From contig NZ_CAMLAC010000002.1 of assembly GCF_946477935.1 (NCBI RefSeq), positions 378 to 64,377 of the forward strand: a stretch of 64,000 nucleotides of DNA, in the 5' to 3' direction. The notes under the pieces were generated by a model that saw nothing but the letters and a program-made list of their open reading frames with translations, was not told the DNA's origin and did no database searches. This stretch comes from an uncultured Sphingomonas sp. Lineage in GTDB: Bacteria > Pseudomonadota > Alphaproteobacteria > Sphingomonadales > Sphingomonadaceae. Numbering within the stretch: the first letter of the stretch is position 1; every line of letters begins with the position of its first letter. Made by a program: the position numbers and the translations under genes. Positions 56,061 through 64,000 of the stretch are shown here, piece by piece.

Positions 56061-57806
56061 ATGCCGGCAGCGCTTCATGCTCGCGTTTCCGCACATCTTG
56101 AGCAGGCGCTCGACGTGCTGGAGGCGTCTGGCGACCTGCCGGCCGGTCTCGCACGAAGTGGCGTGACCGTGGAAACGCCGCATGACGCTGCGCACGGCGA
56201 CCTGTCGACCAACGCCGCAATGGTGATGGGGAGACGTGCCGGCGTGCCGCCGCGGCAGCTCGCCGAGGCGCTGGCCAGCCGGCTGGCGGCGCTCGAGGAA
56301 GTGACGAGTGTCGAGGTCGCCGGGCCGGGCTTCGTCAATCTGCGGCTGACCGATCACGCGTGGCGGGACGAGCTGGCGACGATCGCACATTCTGGCGAGC
56401 GATATGGCAGCTCGGGGTTTGGTGCCGGCAAAACGGTGAATATCGAATATGTCTCGGCCAACCCGACCGGCCCGATGCACATGGGACATTGCCGCGGAGC
56501 GGTCGTGGGGGACGCGCTGGCGAACCTGCTCGCGTTCACCGGGCACCGCGTGATCCGCGAATACTACGTCAACGACGCCGGCGGACAGGTGGACGTCCTC
56601 GCCAGATCCGCGCACATCCGCTACCTCGAGGCGCTGGGCGACAGCGTTGGTGATATCCCGGAAGGCCTCTATCCGGGCGACTATCTCAAGCCCGTCGGCC
56701 AGGCCTTGGCCTCGGACTACGGCGACCGCTACCGACAAGCCCCGCCTACCGCATGGCTTCCGATATTCCGCTCGCGCGCCGTCGCAGCGATGATGGAAAC
56801 GATCCGTGCGGACCTCGCGCTGCTGGGCGTTCGTCACGACCGCTTCGCATCGGAAGCCGAACTGCTCGAGACGGGAAGGCCGGCCGCCGCCGAGGCTTGG
56901 CTGCGCGAGCGCGATCTCATCTATAATGGGGTGCTTGACCCTCCGAAGGGGTCGAAGCCGGAGGACTGGCAACCGATCGAACTTCCGCTGTTTCGCTCGA
57001 CACTTTTTGGCGATGATCAGGATCGGCCGATCCGCAAGGCAGATGGAAGCTGGTCCTACTTCGGCATCGACCTAGCCTACCACTTCGAGAAGGCACGCGA
57101 CGCCGATCAGATGATCGACGTCTGGGGCGCGGACCATGCCGGCACGGTGAAGCGGATCATCGCGGCTACCGAAGCCCTCACCGAAGGGCGCAAGCGCTTC
57201 GACATCAAACTGGTGCAGCTCGTTCGCCTGCTCCGCGCGGGCGAGCAGGTGAAGATGTCGAAGCGCGCCGGCAACTTCGTGACGCTTTCCGACGTCGTTC
57301 GGGAAGTCGGCAAGGACGTCGTCCGCTTCACCATGCTGACCCGTAAGGCCGAAGCGCCGATGGACTTCGACTTCGCGAAGGTCGTCGAGGCATCCAAAGA
57401 TAACCCGGTCTTCTACGTGCACTATGCCCATGCGCGCATCCACTCGCTCGCGAATCGCGCGGCCGAAGCCGCCTTCGAGCAGGGGGCGACACCCGACCTG
57501 ACCCGACTGGACGACCGTGACCTCGCTCTCGTGAAACAAGCGGCACAATTTCCGCGCATCGTGGAGGCATCTGCCGCCGCCCGCGAACCGCATCGGATCG
57601 CCTTCTACCTCGCTGACCTCGCGGCCGCATTTCACGCCATGTGGAACGCCGGCATCGATGATCCGCAGCGCCGCTTCATCCTGAAAGACGACGCCCCGCT
57701 CAGTCACGCCCGCCTCTCGCTGGCGAACGCCGTCGGACAGGTGATCCGCAACGGCATGGCGCTAATGGGGGTCGAACCGATGCAGCAGATGCCTCGCGCG
57801 CCGTGA
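56061..57806 (+). CDS. argS: Arginine-tRNA ligase
   Basis: HGDLSTN, EYVSANPTGPMHMGH (HIGH), EYYVNDAG, VWGADHAG, KMSKRAG, VHYAHAR; full length, 581 aa. Confidence 0.96.
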   Translation: MPAALHARVSAHLEQALDVLEASGDLPAGLARSGVTVETPHDAAHGDLSTNAAMVMGRRAGVPPRQLAEALASRLAALEEVTSVEVAGPGFVNLRLTDHAWRDELATIAHSGERYGSSGFGAGKTVNIEYVSANPTGPMHMGHCRGAVVGDALANLLAFTGHRVIREYYVNDAGGQVDVLARSAHIRYLEALGDSVGDIPEGLYPGDYLKPVGQALASDYGDRYRQAPPTAWLPIFRSRAVAAMMETIRADLALLGVRHDRFASEAELLETGRPAAAEAWLRERDLIYNGVLDPPKGSKPEDWQPIELPLFRSTLFGDDQDRPIRKADGSWSYFGIDLAYHFEKARDADQMIDVWGADHAGTVKRIIAATEALTEGRKRFDIKLVQLVRLLRAGEQVKMSKRAGNFVTLSDVVREVGKDVVRFTMLTRKAEAPMDFDFAKVVEASKDNPVFYVHYAHARIHSLANRAAEAAFEQGATPDLTRLDDRDLALVKQAAQFPRIVEASAAAREPHRIAFYLADLAAAFHAMWNAGIDDPQRRFILKDDAPLSHARLSLANAVGQVIRNGMALMGVEPMQQMPRAP

Positions 57807-57896
57807 ACCTTCGAGCCGCGGCTATACTGCCTACTTGTCGGCGCCCCTGCTTTCGACCGGCGCTCGCACATCAAATCCTCAACAGGAGAAGCTCGA

Positions 57897-58652
57897 ATGT
57901 CGAAAGTTCTACAAGGGAAGGTCGCGTTGATCACCGGCGGCTCTCGGGGTCTCGGTGCCGTGCTGGCAGAGACGCTCGCCGACCAGGGAGCAGATATCGC
58001 GATCACCTACGCCGCATCTGCCGCCAAGGCTGAAGCCGTGGTCGAGAAGGTGAGGGCCAAAGGGGTGCGGGCGATCGCCATTCAGTGCGATCAGGCGGAT
58101 AGCGCGGCTGCGCAGCCGATGGTCGAGCAGGTGGTCTCTGAGTTCGGCAAGCTCGACATCCTCATCAACAACGCAGCGATCGCGGTCCAGGGCAAGCTGG
58201 TCGATGATCCCACGCTTGATGGCCCTGCCTTTGACAAGCAGTGGATCGTCAACGTGCTCGGGACCGTGGCGGTAACGCGGGCGGCGGCGCAAAAGATTTC
58301 GGACGGCGGCCGGATCGTCTTCATCGGGTCCGGACTTGGCACGCGCGCGATCGTTCCGGGGGTTGCCGATTACGCCGGCACTAAGGCGGCCATCGCCGGA
58401 TATGCCCGCGGCGTGCAGCGCGATCTGGGGCCGCGCAATATCACGGTGAACGTGGTGCAGCCGGGCATCATGCCGACCGACATGGCGGCAGGAGCTGCGG
58501 AAAATTTCCCTGAAGCCGTCCTGGACCTACACCCGATACGTCGCATCGCTACCATCGAGGAAGTCGCGTCCGCGGTGAGCTACCTCGTTGGTCCGACCGC
58601 CAGCTACACAGCCGGGGCCGTGATCGACGTGTCCGGCGGTGTCCTGGTCTAG
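57897..58652 (+). CDS. Short-chain dehydrogenase/reductase
   Basis: TGGSRGLG, NNAAI, YAGTK, QPG. Confidence 0.92.
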   Translation: MSKVLQGKVALITGGSRGLGAVLAETLADQGADIAITYAASAAKAEAVVEKVRAKGVRAIAIQCDQADSAAAQPMVEQVVSEFGKLDILINNAAIAVQGKLVDDPTLDGPAFDKQWIVNVLGTVAVTRAAAQKISDGGRIVFIGSGLGTRAIVPGVADYAGTKAAIAGYARGVQRDLGPRNITVNVVQPGIMPTDMAAGAAENFPEAVLDLHPIRRIATIEEVASAVSYLVGPTASYTAGAVIDVSGGVLV

Positions 58653-58794
58653 AGGCGCTGTCTTGATGGCAAGTGCATCGGCGCCGGACCGCCGTATCGC
58701 GGCGCCCCCCACGGCAGGCGGGCGGGTCCGCCCGCCCGCCGCGCAGAGGTGCCTGCCGAGCACGTCCCGTCCCCATACCGCATCGGCAGCCTGA

Positions 58795-59061
58795 ATGGAA
58801 AACCCCGATTTCGAAGCTACGCTCGAAGGTCTGCCGCGCGGCTATAGCGAAGGGTTTTTCGATGGCCGCCGCTATGGCGTGTCGGTGCAGCGATCTGACG
58901 ACGGTCGGCGAAATAGCCTGTTTGCGAGAGATCTCGCCGGCACCGACATCGTGAGCTTCAATCTGTACCGAGTGGCGAACGGCGAGACGTTGCTCAGGCC
59001 TTGCGAGATGTCCTCGGAGAAAGTGGTCCGCTTTGTGCTTGGGTTCACGCCCGTCAACTAA
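58795..59061 (+). CDS. Small hypothetical protein with C-terminal PCEM motif (88 aa)
   Basis: SFNLY...LRPCEM; protein-like composition; single Cys. Confidence 0.65.
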   Translation: MENPDFEATLEGLPRGYSEGFFDGRRYGVSVQRSDDGRRNSLFARDLAGTDIVSFNLYRVANGETLLRPCEMSSEKVVRFVLGFTPVN

Positions 59062-59126
59062 CTTCTCTCTCGCACGCCGTGCAAGGGTTGGAAACACAAA
59101 CGCTACTCGCGCCTTAGCCGCTGAAG

Positions 59127-59156
59127 GCTATCGAAACTATAGCTGCCGGTTATTGG
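59127..59156 (+). promoter_or_regulatory. 30-bp LysR/OxyR-like box upstream of dps
   Basis: GCTATCGAAACTATAGCTGCCGGTTATTGG. Confidence 0.75.
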
Positions 59157-59251
59157 ACATCGATCCAAGCCAAACTCATTCTGTCGGCCTCAGCGGCCGA
59201 AGGGGAATCGATGCCGGCTCCTGTGAAAGCCACCATTCAGGGAGTCTATCG

Positions 59252-59752
59252 ATGACCAACGCCAGTACTGCGCCAGTTGCAACTCCCACCGACCTCGACG
59301 AGTCTGCTACGATGACCGTAGCCGATGCGCTCAAGATCATTCTGGCGAACAGCTATGCGGTATATCTCAAGACCAAGAATTTTCACTGGCACGTCTCCGG
59401 GCCATATTTCCGTGACTATCACCTCCTGCTCGATGAACAGGCGGCCGAGATCCTCGCGGTCACGGATGCTATCGCCGAGCGTGCCAGGAAGACTGGCAAT
59501 CGCACGCTAACATCGATCGGTGACATCGCACGCCACCAGACCATCAAGGACAACGACGCCGAATTTGTAACTCCGCAGGAGATGCTGGGCGAGTTAAGGG
59601 CCGACAATTTGCACATGGTGGAAGCGTTCCGGCGCGCGAAGGAGGTCGCGGACGAGGCGAAGGATAACGCCACCTCTGGCCTCATCGATGCATGGACTGA
59701 TGAAGCCGAACGCCGCGCATGGTTCCTTTTCGAAGCCAGCCGGCCCGGCTGA
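59252..59752 (+). CDS. dps: Dps-family ferritin-like DNA protection protein
   Basis: KTKNFHWHVSGPYFRDYHLLLDEQ...DAIAER ferroxidase signature. Confidence 0.93.
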   Translation: MTNASTAPVATPTDLDESATMTVADALKIILANSYAVYLKTKNFHWHVSGPYFRDYHLLLDEQAAEILAVTDAIAERARKTGNRTLTSIGDIARHQTIKDNDAEFVTPQEMLGELRADNLHMVEAFRRAKEVADEAKDNATSGLIDAWTDEAERRAWFLFEASRPG

Positions 59753-59893
59753 CGGCCGCCAACTAGGCATCGCTGCGCGGCCGAACCGATTGCGCCCGCC
59801 AGACAATAGCAAACCGCCGGGGCGCCGGTCGACGTGAAGCAGGCTCGAGGCCGATCCACGCGGCTTGTCGATCTGATATTATGAGGAAGCTGT

Positions 59894-60760
59894 ATGACCG
59901 CTGGCCACTTGCCCACGCAATTCGTGCAACATGAGGGCGGGGCCGTGGCATTCGACGACACGGGAGGCGCAGGTCCGATCGTTCTCGGCATACCCGGGAT
60001 GGGCGACCTGCGATCCGAGTATCGCCGCTTGAAGCCCATCCTGCAGCAGGCGGGAATGCGGTTTGTCACGATGGACGTCCGCGGCTTCGGAGAAACGTCG
60101 GCACAATGGGACGATTATTCAGCCCGCGCCGTCGGCCGCGACGCTGTGGCCATCATCCGACACCTGGACGCTGGACCGGCGTTCATCTTGGGCAACTCAT
60201 TTGCTGCAGGGTCCGCGCTATGGGCGGCGAAAGAAGCGCCCAGCATGGTCCAGGGAGTTGTCCTGCTGGGCCCGATCGTACGCGATCTTCCACTATCCGC
60301 GGCGCAGAAGCTCGCTCTTACGATCGGGTTCGCCGGCCCTTGGCGCACATGGTTCTGGACCACATATTGGACCAGCCTTTTCACTTCACAACGAGCGCCA
60401 GACCATGCCGAGGTGAAGCGGACGATCGCCCGCAACCTGAACGAGCCCGGTCGAATGGACGCACTGCTCAAGATGCTATCGCTATCGAAAGCAGACACTG
60501 CGGCCATCTTGGACGACAGCGTTGTTCGGGCACTTATAGTGATGGGTACGCGCGACCCGGACTTCTCCGATCCCGGCGCCGAAGCTGAAATGCTCGCTGC
60601 ACAGCTCAATGCGGAGACGATGATGCTAGAGGGCGCCGGTCACTATCCCCACGTCGAGATGGCCGATGTGGTCGGGCATCGGATTACGGCATTCATTAGC
60701 GGTGCTCGCTCCCGGAGGAGAACGAACGGCGCTGCACCTGCCTTCCCGAGGAGACTATAA
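59894..60760 (+). CDS. Alpha/beta hydrolase
   Basis: GIPGMGD, DVRGFGET, GNSFAA, GAGHYPH. Confidence 0.85.
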   Translation: MTAGHLPTQFVQHEGGAVAFDDTGGAGPIVLGIPGMGDLRSEYRRLKPILQQAGMRFVTMDVRGFGETSAQWDDYSARAVGRDAVAIIRHLDAGPAFILGNSFAAGSALWAAKEAPSMVQGVVLLGPIVRDLPLSAAQKLALTIGFAGPWRTWFWTTYWTSLFTSQRAPDHAEVKRTIARNLNEPGRMDALLKMLSLSKADTAAILDDSVVRALIVMGTRDPDFSDPGAEAEMLAAQLNAETMMLEGAGHYPHVEMADVVGHRITAFISGARSRRRTNGAAPAFPRRL

Positions 60761-61245
60761 TGAAAATCGGGTTTGGTGGCGGCTGCCATTGGTGCACGGA
60801 GGGCGTCTTTCAGGCGCTCAAAGGTGTCACCCAGGTGGACCAGGGCTTCCTTCAATCTGAGCCTCCCGCGGACACTTGGGCCGAAGGCGTCATCGTGACT
60901 TTCGATCCGTCCGTTATCAGTCTGGAGACGCTGGCCGAAGTGCATCTTCGAACGCACTCTTCGACCAGAGCACGTTCACCCCGCGGGAAGTATCGCAGCG
61001 CGATCTACACTTTCGAATCTCCACAACGTCCGGGAGCTGAGCGGGCAGTGCGCCGATTCGCGGACGAGGCTTCGAAAGAAATTCACACGCAGGTGATACC
61101 CTTCGTCGGCTTCTTACCGTCGGACGAGCGCTACCAGAACTACTATCGTACCGATCCTACCCGCCCGTTCTGTCGTCGGTACATTGATCCGAAGCTCGAT
61201 TTTATCCGACGCGAGTATGCGGACATTGCGCTGCCCTCGGAGTGA
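60760..61245 (+). CDS. msrA: MsrA-family protein, copy 3, variant active site GCHWC
   Basis: GGGCHWCTEGVF, EGVIVTFDP, YRSAIY, RYQNYY, PFCRRYI; TAATG overlap with the hydrolase. Confidence 0.8.
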   Translation: MKIGFGGGCHWCTEGVFQALKGVTQVDQGFLQSEPPADTWAEGVIVTFDPSVISLETLAEVHLRTHSSTRARSPRGKYRSAIYTFESPQRPGAERAVRRFADEASKEIHTQVIPFVGFLPSDERYQNYYRTDPTRPFCRRYIDPKLDFIRREYADIALPSE

Positions 61246-61351
61246 GCTCTTCGAGAAAATGCTCGTCGAGTAGTCGGGCCAGTCTCACGCAGACCTTCCG
61301 ATCGCAAAGCTGCGTGAGTCCCCGGAAACATCAGGCCGCGAGTTTAGATGC

Positions 61352-62032
61352 ATGACCCATCAGCTTTCGGACACTGATCCGTTCAACGACGCCTTCGGAC
61401 GCTGCCCGCTTGTAGCGATCTTACGCGGCGTCCGTCCTGGGGAGGTGCGGGCGATCGGCGAAGCGCTCGTTGAAGTGGGCATTGTCCTGATAGAGATACC
61501 GCTTAATTCCCCGCAGCCGCTGCTCAGCATCGAGCTTCTAGCAAAGCATCTTGCGAACCGGGCGGTCGTGGGAGCAGGCACCGTTATCCGAGCCGAGGAT
61601 GTCTCAAGGATCGACGATGCCGGCGGTCGGCTTGTCATCGCGCCAAATACGGACGTCCGCGTCATCGCCGCCGCATCCGAGCGAGGCATGGTGGCGCTGC
61701 CGGGCTTCGCGACACCCACAGAGGCAGTCGCGGCGATAGCGGCGGGTGCGACGGCGCTTAAACTCTTTCCGGCCGAGGGTTTCACCCCGGCGTTCGTAAA
61801 GGCGTCACTGGCGGTGTTGCCTCAACGCACCCGAGTCCTCCCGACAGGCGGAATCCTCCCTGAAACGATGGGGCGCTGGCGATCGGCAGGCGCTGCCGGC
61901 TTCGGGCTAGGTTCAGCACTCTACTCGGCCGGCATGACCCATGTCGAGGTGCGCGCCCGAGGTCAGGCTTTCGTCACTGCTCACCAAGCGCTTTCGTCGG
62001 GATCCGGTAGCGAGACGGCGCTCGCCCATTGA
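61352..62032 (+). CDS. 2-dehydro-3-deoxy-6-phosphogalactonate aldolase (DgoA/Eda family)
   Basis: LVAILRG, IEIPLNSP, VGAGTV, ALKLFPA, LPTGG. Confidence 0.88.
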   Translation: MTHQLSDTDPFNDAFGRCPLVAILRGVRPGEVRAIGEALVEVGIVLIEIPLNSPQPLLSIELLAKHLANRAVVGAGTVIRAEDVSRIDDAGGRLVIAPNTDVRVIAAASERGMVALPGFATPTEAVAAIAAGATALKLFPAEGFTPAFVKASLAVLPQRTRVLPTGGILPETMGRWRSAGAAGFGLGSALYSAGMTHVEVRARGQAFVTAHQALSSGSGSETALAH

Positions 62033-62093
62033 ACTAGGTTAGCTCGAACGGTCCGGGATTCTGAACACCCTGCCGCTGCCAAACTGTTGCTTC

Positions 62094-62125
62094 CTATGTC
62101 CGATAAGATGCCTTATCGGACATAG
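62094..62125. other. Palindromic Xer/dif-like recombination site candidate
   Basis: CTATGTCCGATAA-GATGCC-TTATCGGACATAG: perfect 13-bp arms (14 including flanking G/C) with ATAA-N6-TTAT core, 58 bp upstream of a tyrosine recombinase. Confidence 0.7.
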
Positions 62126-62183
62126 TTGGACAGAGCGCGGAAGGGGAGCCAATCCCGTCCAGTTCGAAGCGGAAGCAGTCGTA

Positions 62184-63233
62184 ATGGACGAGACAGCCAA
62201 CAGTGAAGCTGACACGGCGGACGGTGGCGGGCTGCCGGTCCTGGCGGCTGGAGGCGACATGCTCGCCGTTCTGCGCGATGACCTCGAGCAGGCCGCAGCG
62301 TTCAAGAAGGCGGCGCGTGCGGCTGCCACCCACCGCGCCTACGGGTCAGACTGGGCGATCTACAGCGAGTGGTGCGGCTCGCGTGGGCTCGCGTCCATGC
62401 CCGCGCATCCGGAGCAGGTCGCCGCGTTCGTGGCCAACCAAGCCACGGCCGGGTTCAAGGCGTCGACTATCGAGCGGCGCGTCGCCGCGATCGGGCACCA
62501 TCACCGGGCGAGCAACTACCCTGCGCCGACCGCGCACCCGGCCGCTGGCGGCCTCCGCGAGGCGCTCGCCGGCATTCGCCATACCAAGACCATCCGGAAA
62601 ACGCGCAAGAGCGCGGCCGATGCTGCCGCGCTTCTGGGCATGCTAGCCGAAATCAAAGGTTCCGGGTTGCGGGCAAAGCGCGACCGTGCAGTCCTTGCGA
62701 TGGGAATGGCCGCGGCATTGCGCCGATCCGAGCTTGTCGGTCTGACGATGGGGAGCGTCGGCTTGCATGAGAAAGGGCTCGAGCTGTATCTCGGACCGAC
62801 TAAGACCGATCAGGCAGGTGAAGGCGCAACGATCGCCATCCCGGAAGGTGCGCAGATCAAGCCGAAGGCGCTGCTGCTCGAATGGATCGACGCGGTGCGG
62901 ATCCTCGAAGCCGGCTTGGAACGGACTGAGGCCGAAGCAGAGAAAGTGCCGTTGTTCCGCCGGCTGACCCGCGGAGACCAGCTCACCGCCTCGCCGATGT
63001 CCGACAGAGCGGTAGCGCGGCTCGTCAAGCGTTGCGCCTCAGATGCCGGCTTCGACGCGAGCACATTTTCAGGACACTCGTTACGCTCCGGGTTTCTGAC
63101 CGAAGCGGCAAGCCGAGGCGCGACGATCTTCAAGATGCAGGAGGTCAGCCGGCACAAAACCGTGCAAATTCTGTCTGACTATGTCCGTTCGGCCGAACGG
63201 TTCAAGAACCATGCGGGAGAGAGCTTCCTTTGA
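62184..63233 (+). CDS. Tyrosine recombinase (Cre/phage-integrase-like)
   Basis: SAM-like N-terminus, RDRAVL...LRRSEL (Arg), TKTDQ, GHSLRSG (HxxR), RHKTVQILSDY (His, Tyr). Confidence 0.93.
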   Translation: MDETANSEADTADGGGLPVLAAGGDMLAVLRDDLEQAAAFKKAARAAATHRAYGSDWAIYSEWCGSRGLASMPAHPEQVAAFVANQATAGFKASTIERRVAAIGHHHRASNYPAPTAHPAAGGLREALAGIRHTKTIRKTRKSAADAAALLGMLAEIKGSGLRAKRDRAVLAMGMAAALRRSELVGLTMGSVGLHEKGLELYLGPTKTDQAGEGATIAIPEGAQIKPKALLLEWIDAVRILEAGLERTEAEAEKVPLFRRLTRGDQLTASPMSDRAVARLVKRCASDAGFDASTFSGHSLRSGFLTEAASRGATIFKMQEVSRHKTVQILSDYVRSAERFKNHAGESFL

Positions 63234-63243
63234 GGAGAACTGC

Positions 63244-63702
63244 TTAGCCTGCACCCGGGGGCTGATACTCCGCCTGCCGTTCGGCTCGGGCCCGGTCGAG
63301 CACATATTGGTTCCAGCACACGGTCGCGTCGAGCTCAGGCTCACCGGCAGCAAGCCGAGCCCGGTTGCGAACGGCGAGGGCAGCTTTCCTTTGCTCCTCA
63401 GTATCGGCTTTCCAAGCCGCTTTGGTCGCGCGGGGAACGATCACGGCCGGCGCAATGATGAACCAAAGCAGCGTCACCATCGCTAGCCCCGCCCCACCGA
63501 GAAAGGTGTAACCAAATGCCGCAACCGCCGCGAATGTCCCGATCAGCCAAGGAGCGTAGGCTCGCGGTCGTTGCCCGGTCTGGAACACGACTGACGGCCA
63601 CCAAGGGCGCTGAAGTAGCAGCAGCAGACCGCCGAGAATCGCCGCTAACGCGACGAGCATGCTCGCGACGATCACCGCACGGATAAACATTGCGCTGAGC
63701 AT
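63244..63702 (-). CDS. Hypothetical membrane protein (~152 aa)
   Basis: Three hydrophobic segments; start 1 bp after the upstream stop (TAAGATG). Confidence 0.65.
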   Translation of the reverse strand: MLSAMFIRAVIVASMLVALAAILGGLLLLLQRPWWPSVVFQTGQRPRAYAPWLIGTFAAVAAFGYTFLGGAGLAMVTLLWFIIAPAVIVPRATKAAWKADTEEQRKAALAVRNRARLAAGEPELDATVCWNQYVLDRARAERQAEYQPPGAG

Positions 63703-63703
63703 C

Positions 63704-64000
63704 TTAGCGACCCTCCAACGCCGACTCATCCGGCGTGGCCGGTATGCCGCCCGCATCGAGAAGCGACTTGAGTTCCTGCAACCGCTTCGCCTGAGGGTTG
63801 GAAATCACGATGTTCTGAATGACCTTGCCGTCGAGCGATACGACATCGCCGATGCCCTCGTCCTTGTGCCGCACGAAGCTAGGCTCGCTCGGCTCGCCGC
63901 CGTAGCCGCCACCTTCCCGCCCAGCCTTAAGTTCGAACAGGAAACGCTCTGGCTCGCTGAGACTGAGCGCCAGTGTCTCGCCACGCTCGCTTTGCCGGAT
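63704..64000 (-). CDS. Hypothetical protein, C-terminal part (5' truncated by window edge)
   Basis: Open frame from 64000: IRQSERGETLALSLSEPERFLFELKAG...ALEGR*; not in the ORF track. Confidence 0.55.
   Translation of the reverse strand: MRQSERGETLALSLSEPERFLFELKAGREGGGYGGEPSEPSFVRHKDEGIGDVVSLDGKVIQNIVISNPQAKRLQELKSLLDAGGIPATPDESALEGR

Noticed and set aside
62184-63233. Integron integrase with the island as a cassette array
   Set aside because: No IntI-specific insertion recognised, no attC-like repeats between cargo genes, and cargo genes are in mixed orientation with their own regulators.
1-64000. rRNA, tRNA, IS/transposase or VirB mating-pair genes
   Set aside because: None recognised by eye; tRNAscan-SE, Infernal/Rfam and ISEScan runs would be needed to exclude small or divergent elements.

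Overview
A high-GC 64 kb segment of an alphaproteobacterial conjugative element. Gene content suggests a Sphingomonadaceae plasmid or ICE (inference; no host marker is present). It has four blocks. (1) 1-7.7 kb is a leading region: Phd/PemK-like TA pair, tail-less SSB, DUF2493/SLOG protein and small unknown genes sitting behind repeated large stem-loops, with two counter-oriented inserted genes, one carrying a HEPN-like motif. (2) 7.7-14.5 kb is a MOBF transfer core: a readable oriT/nic at 7760/7761, an RHH accessory protein, a TrwB/TraD coupling protein and a TrwC/TraI relaxase-helicase. (3) 14.5-27.3 kb holds an S1/P1 nuclease-small protein-lipoprotein operon (nuclease broken by an in-frame TGA) and a LexA-boxed SOS cassette (imuA-imuB-dnaE2, DUF1810, a canonical SRAP plus a catalytically degenerate SRAP, an SSB-tail-like peptide, a thermonuclease). 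(4) 27.9-62 kb is a ~34 kb thiol/methionine-oxidation defence island: RclC-like protein, three MsrA plus a thioredoxin-MsrA-like fusion, MsrB, Mo-oxidoreductase/flavin reductase, OsmC, GST, Grx3, DipZ, Dps, carbon/NADPH enzymes, an extra ArgRS and an HWE kinase. Two DNA motifs recur only in this block: a 15-bp palindrome x7 near two 4-Cys MarR genes and a 30-bp OxyR-like box x4 near a Cys198 LysR gene. The window ends with a tyrosine recombinase and its probable Xer-like palindromic site. No rRNA, tRNA, CRISPR array or transposase was recognised. All family assignments are from motif recognition by eye, not database searches.
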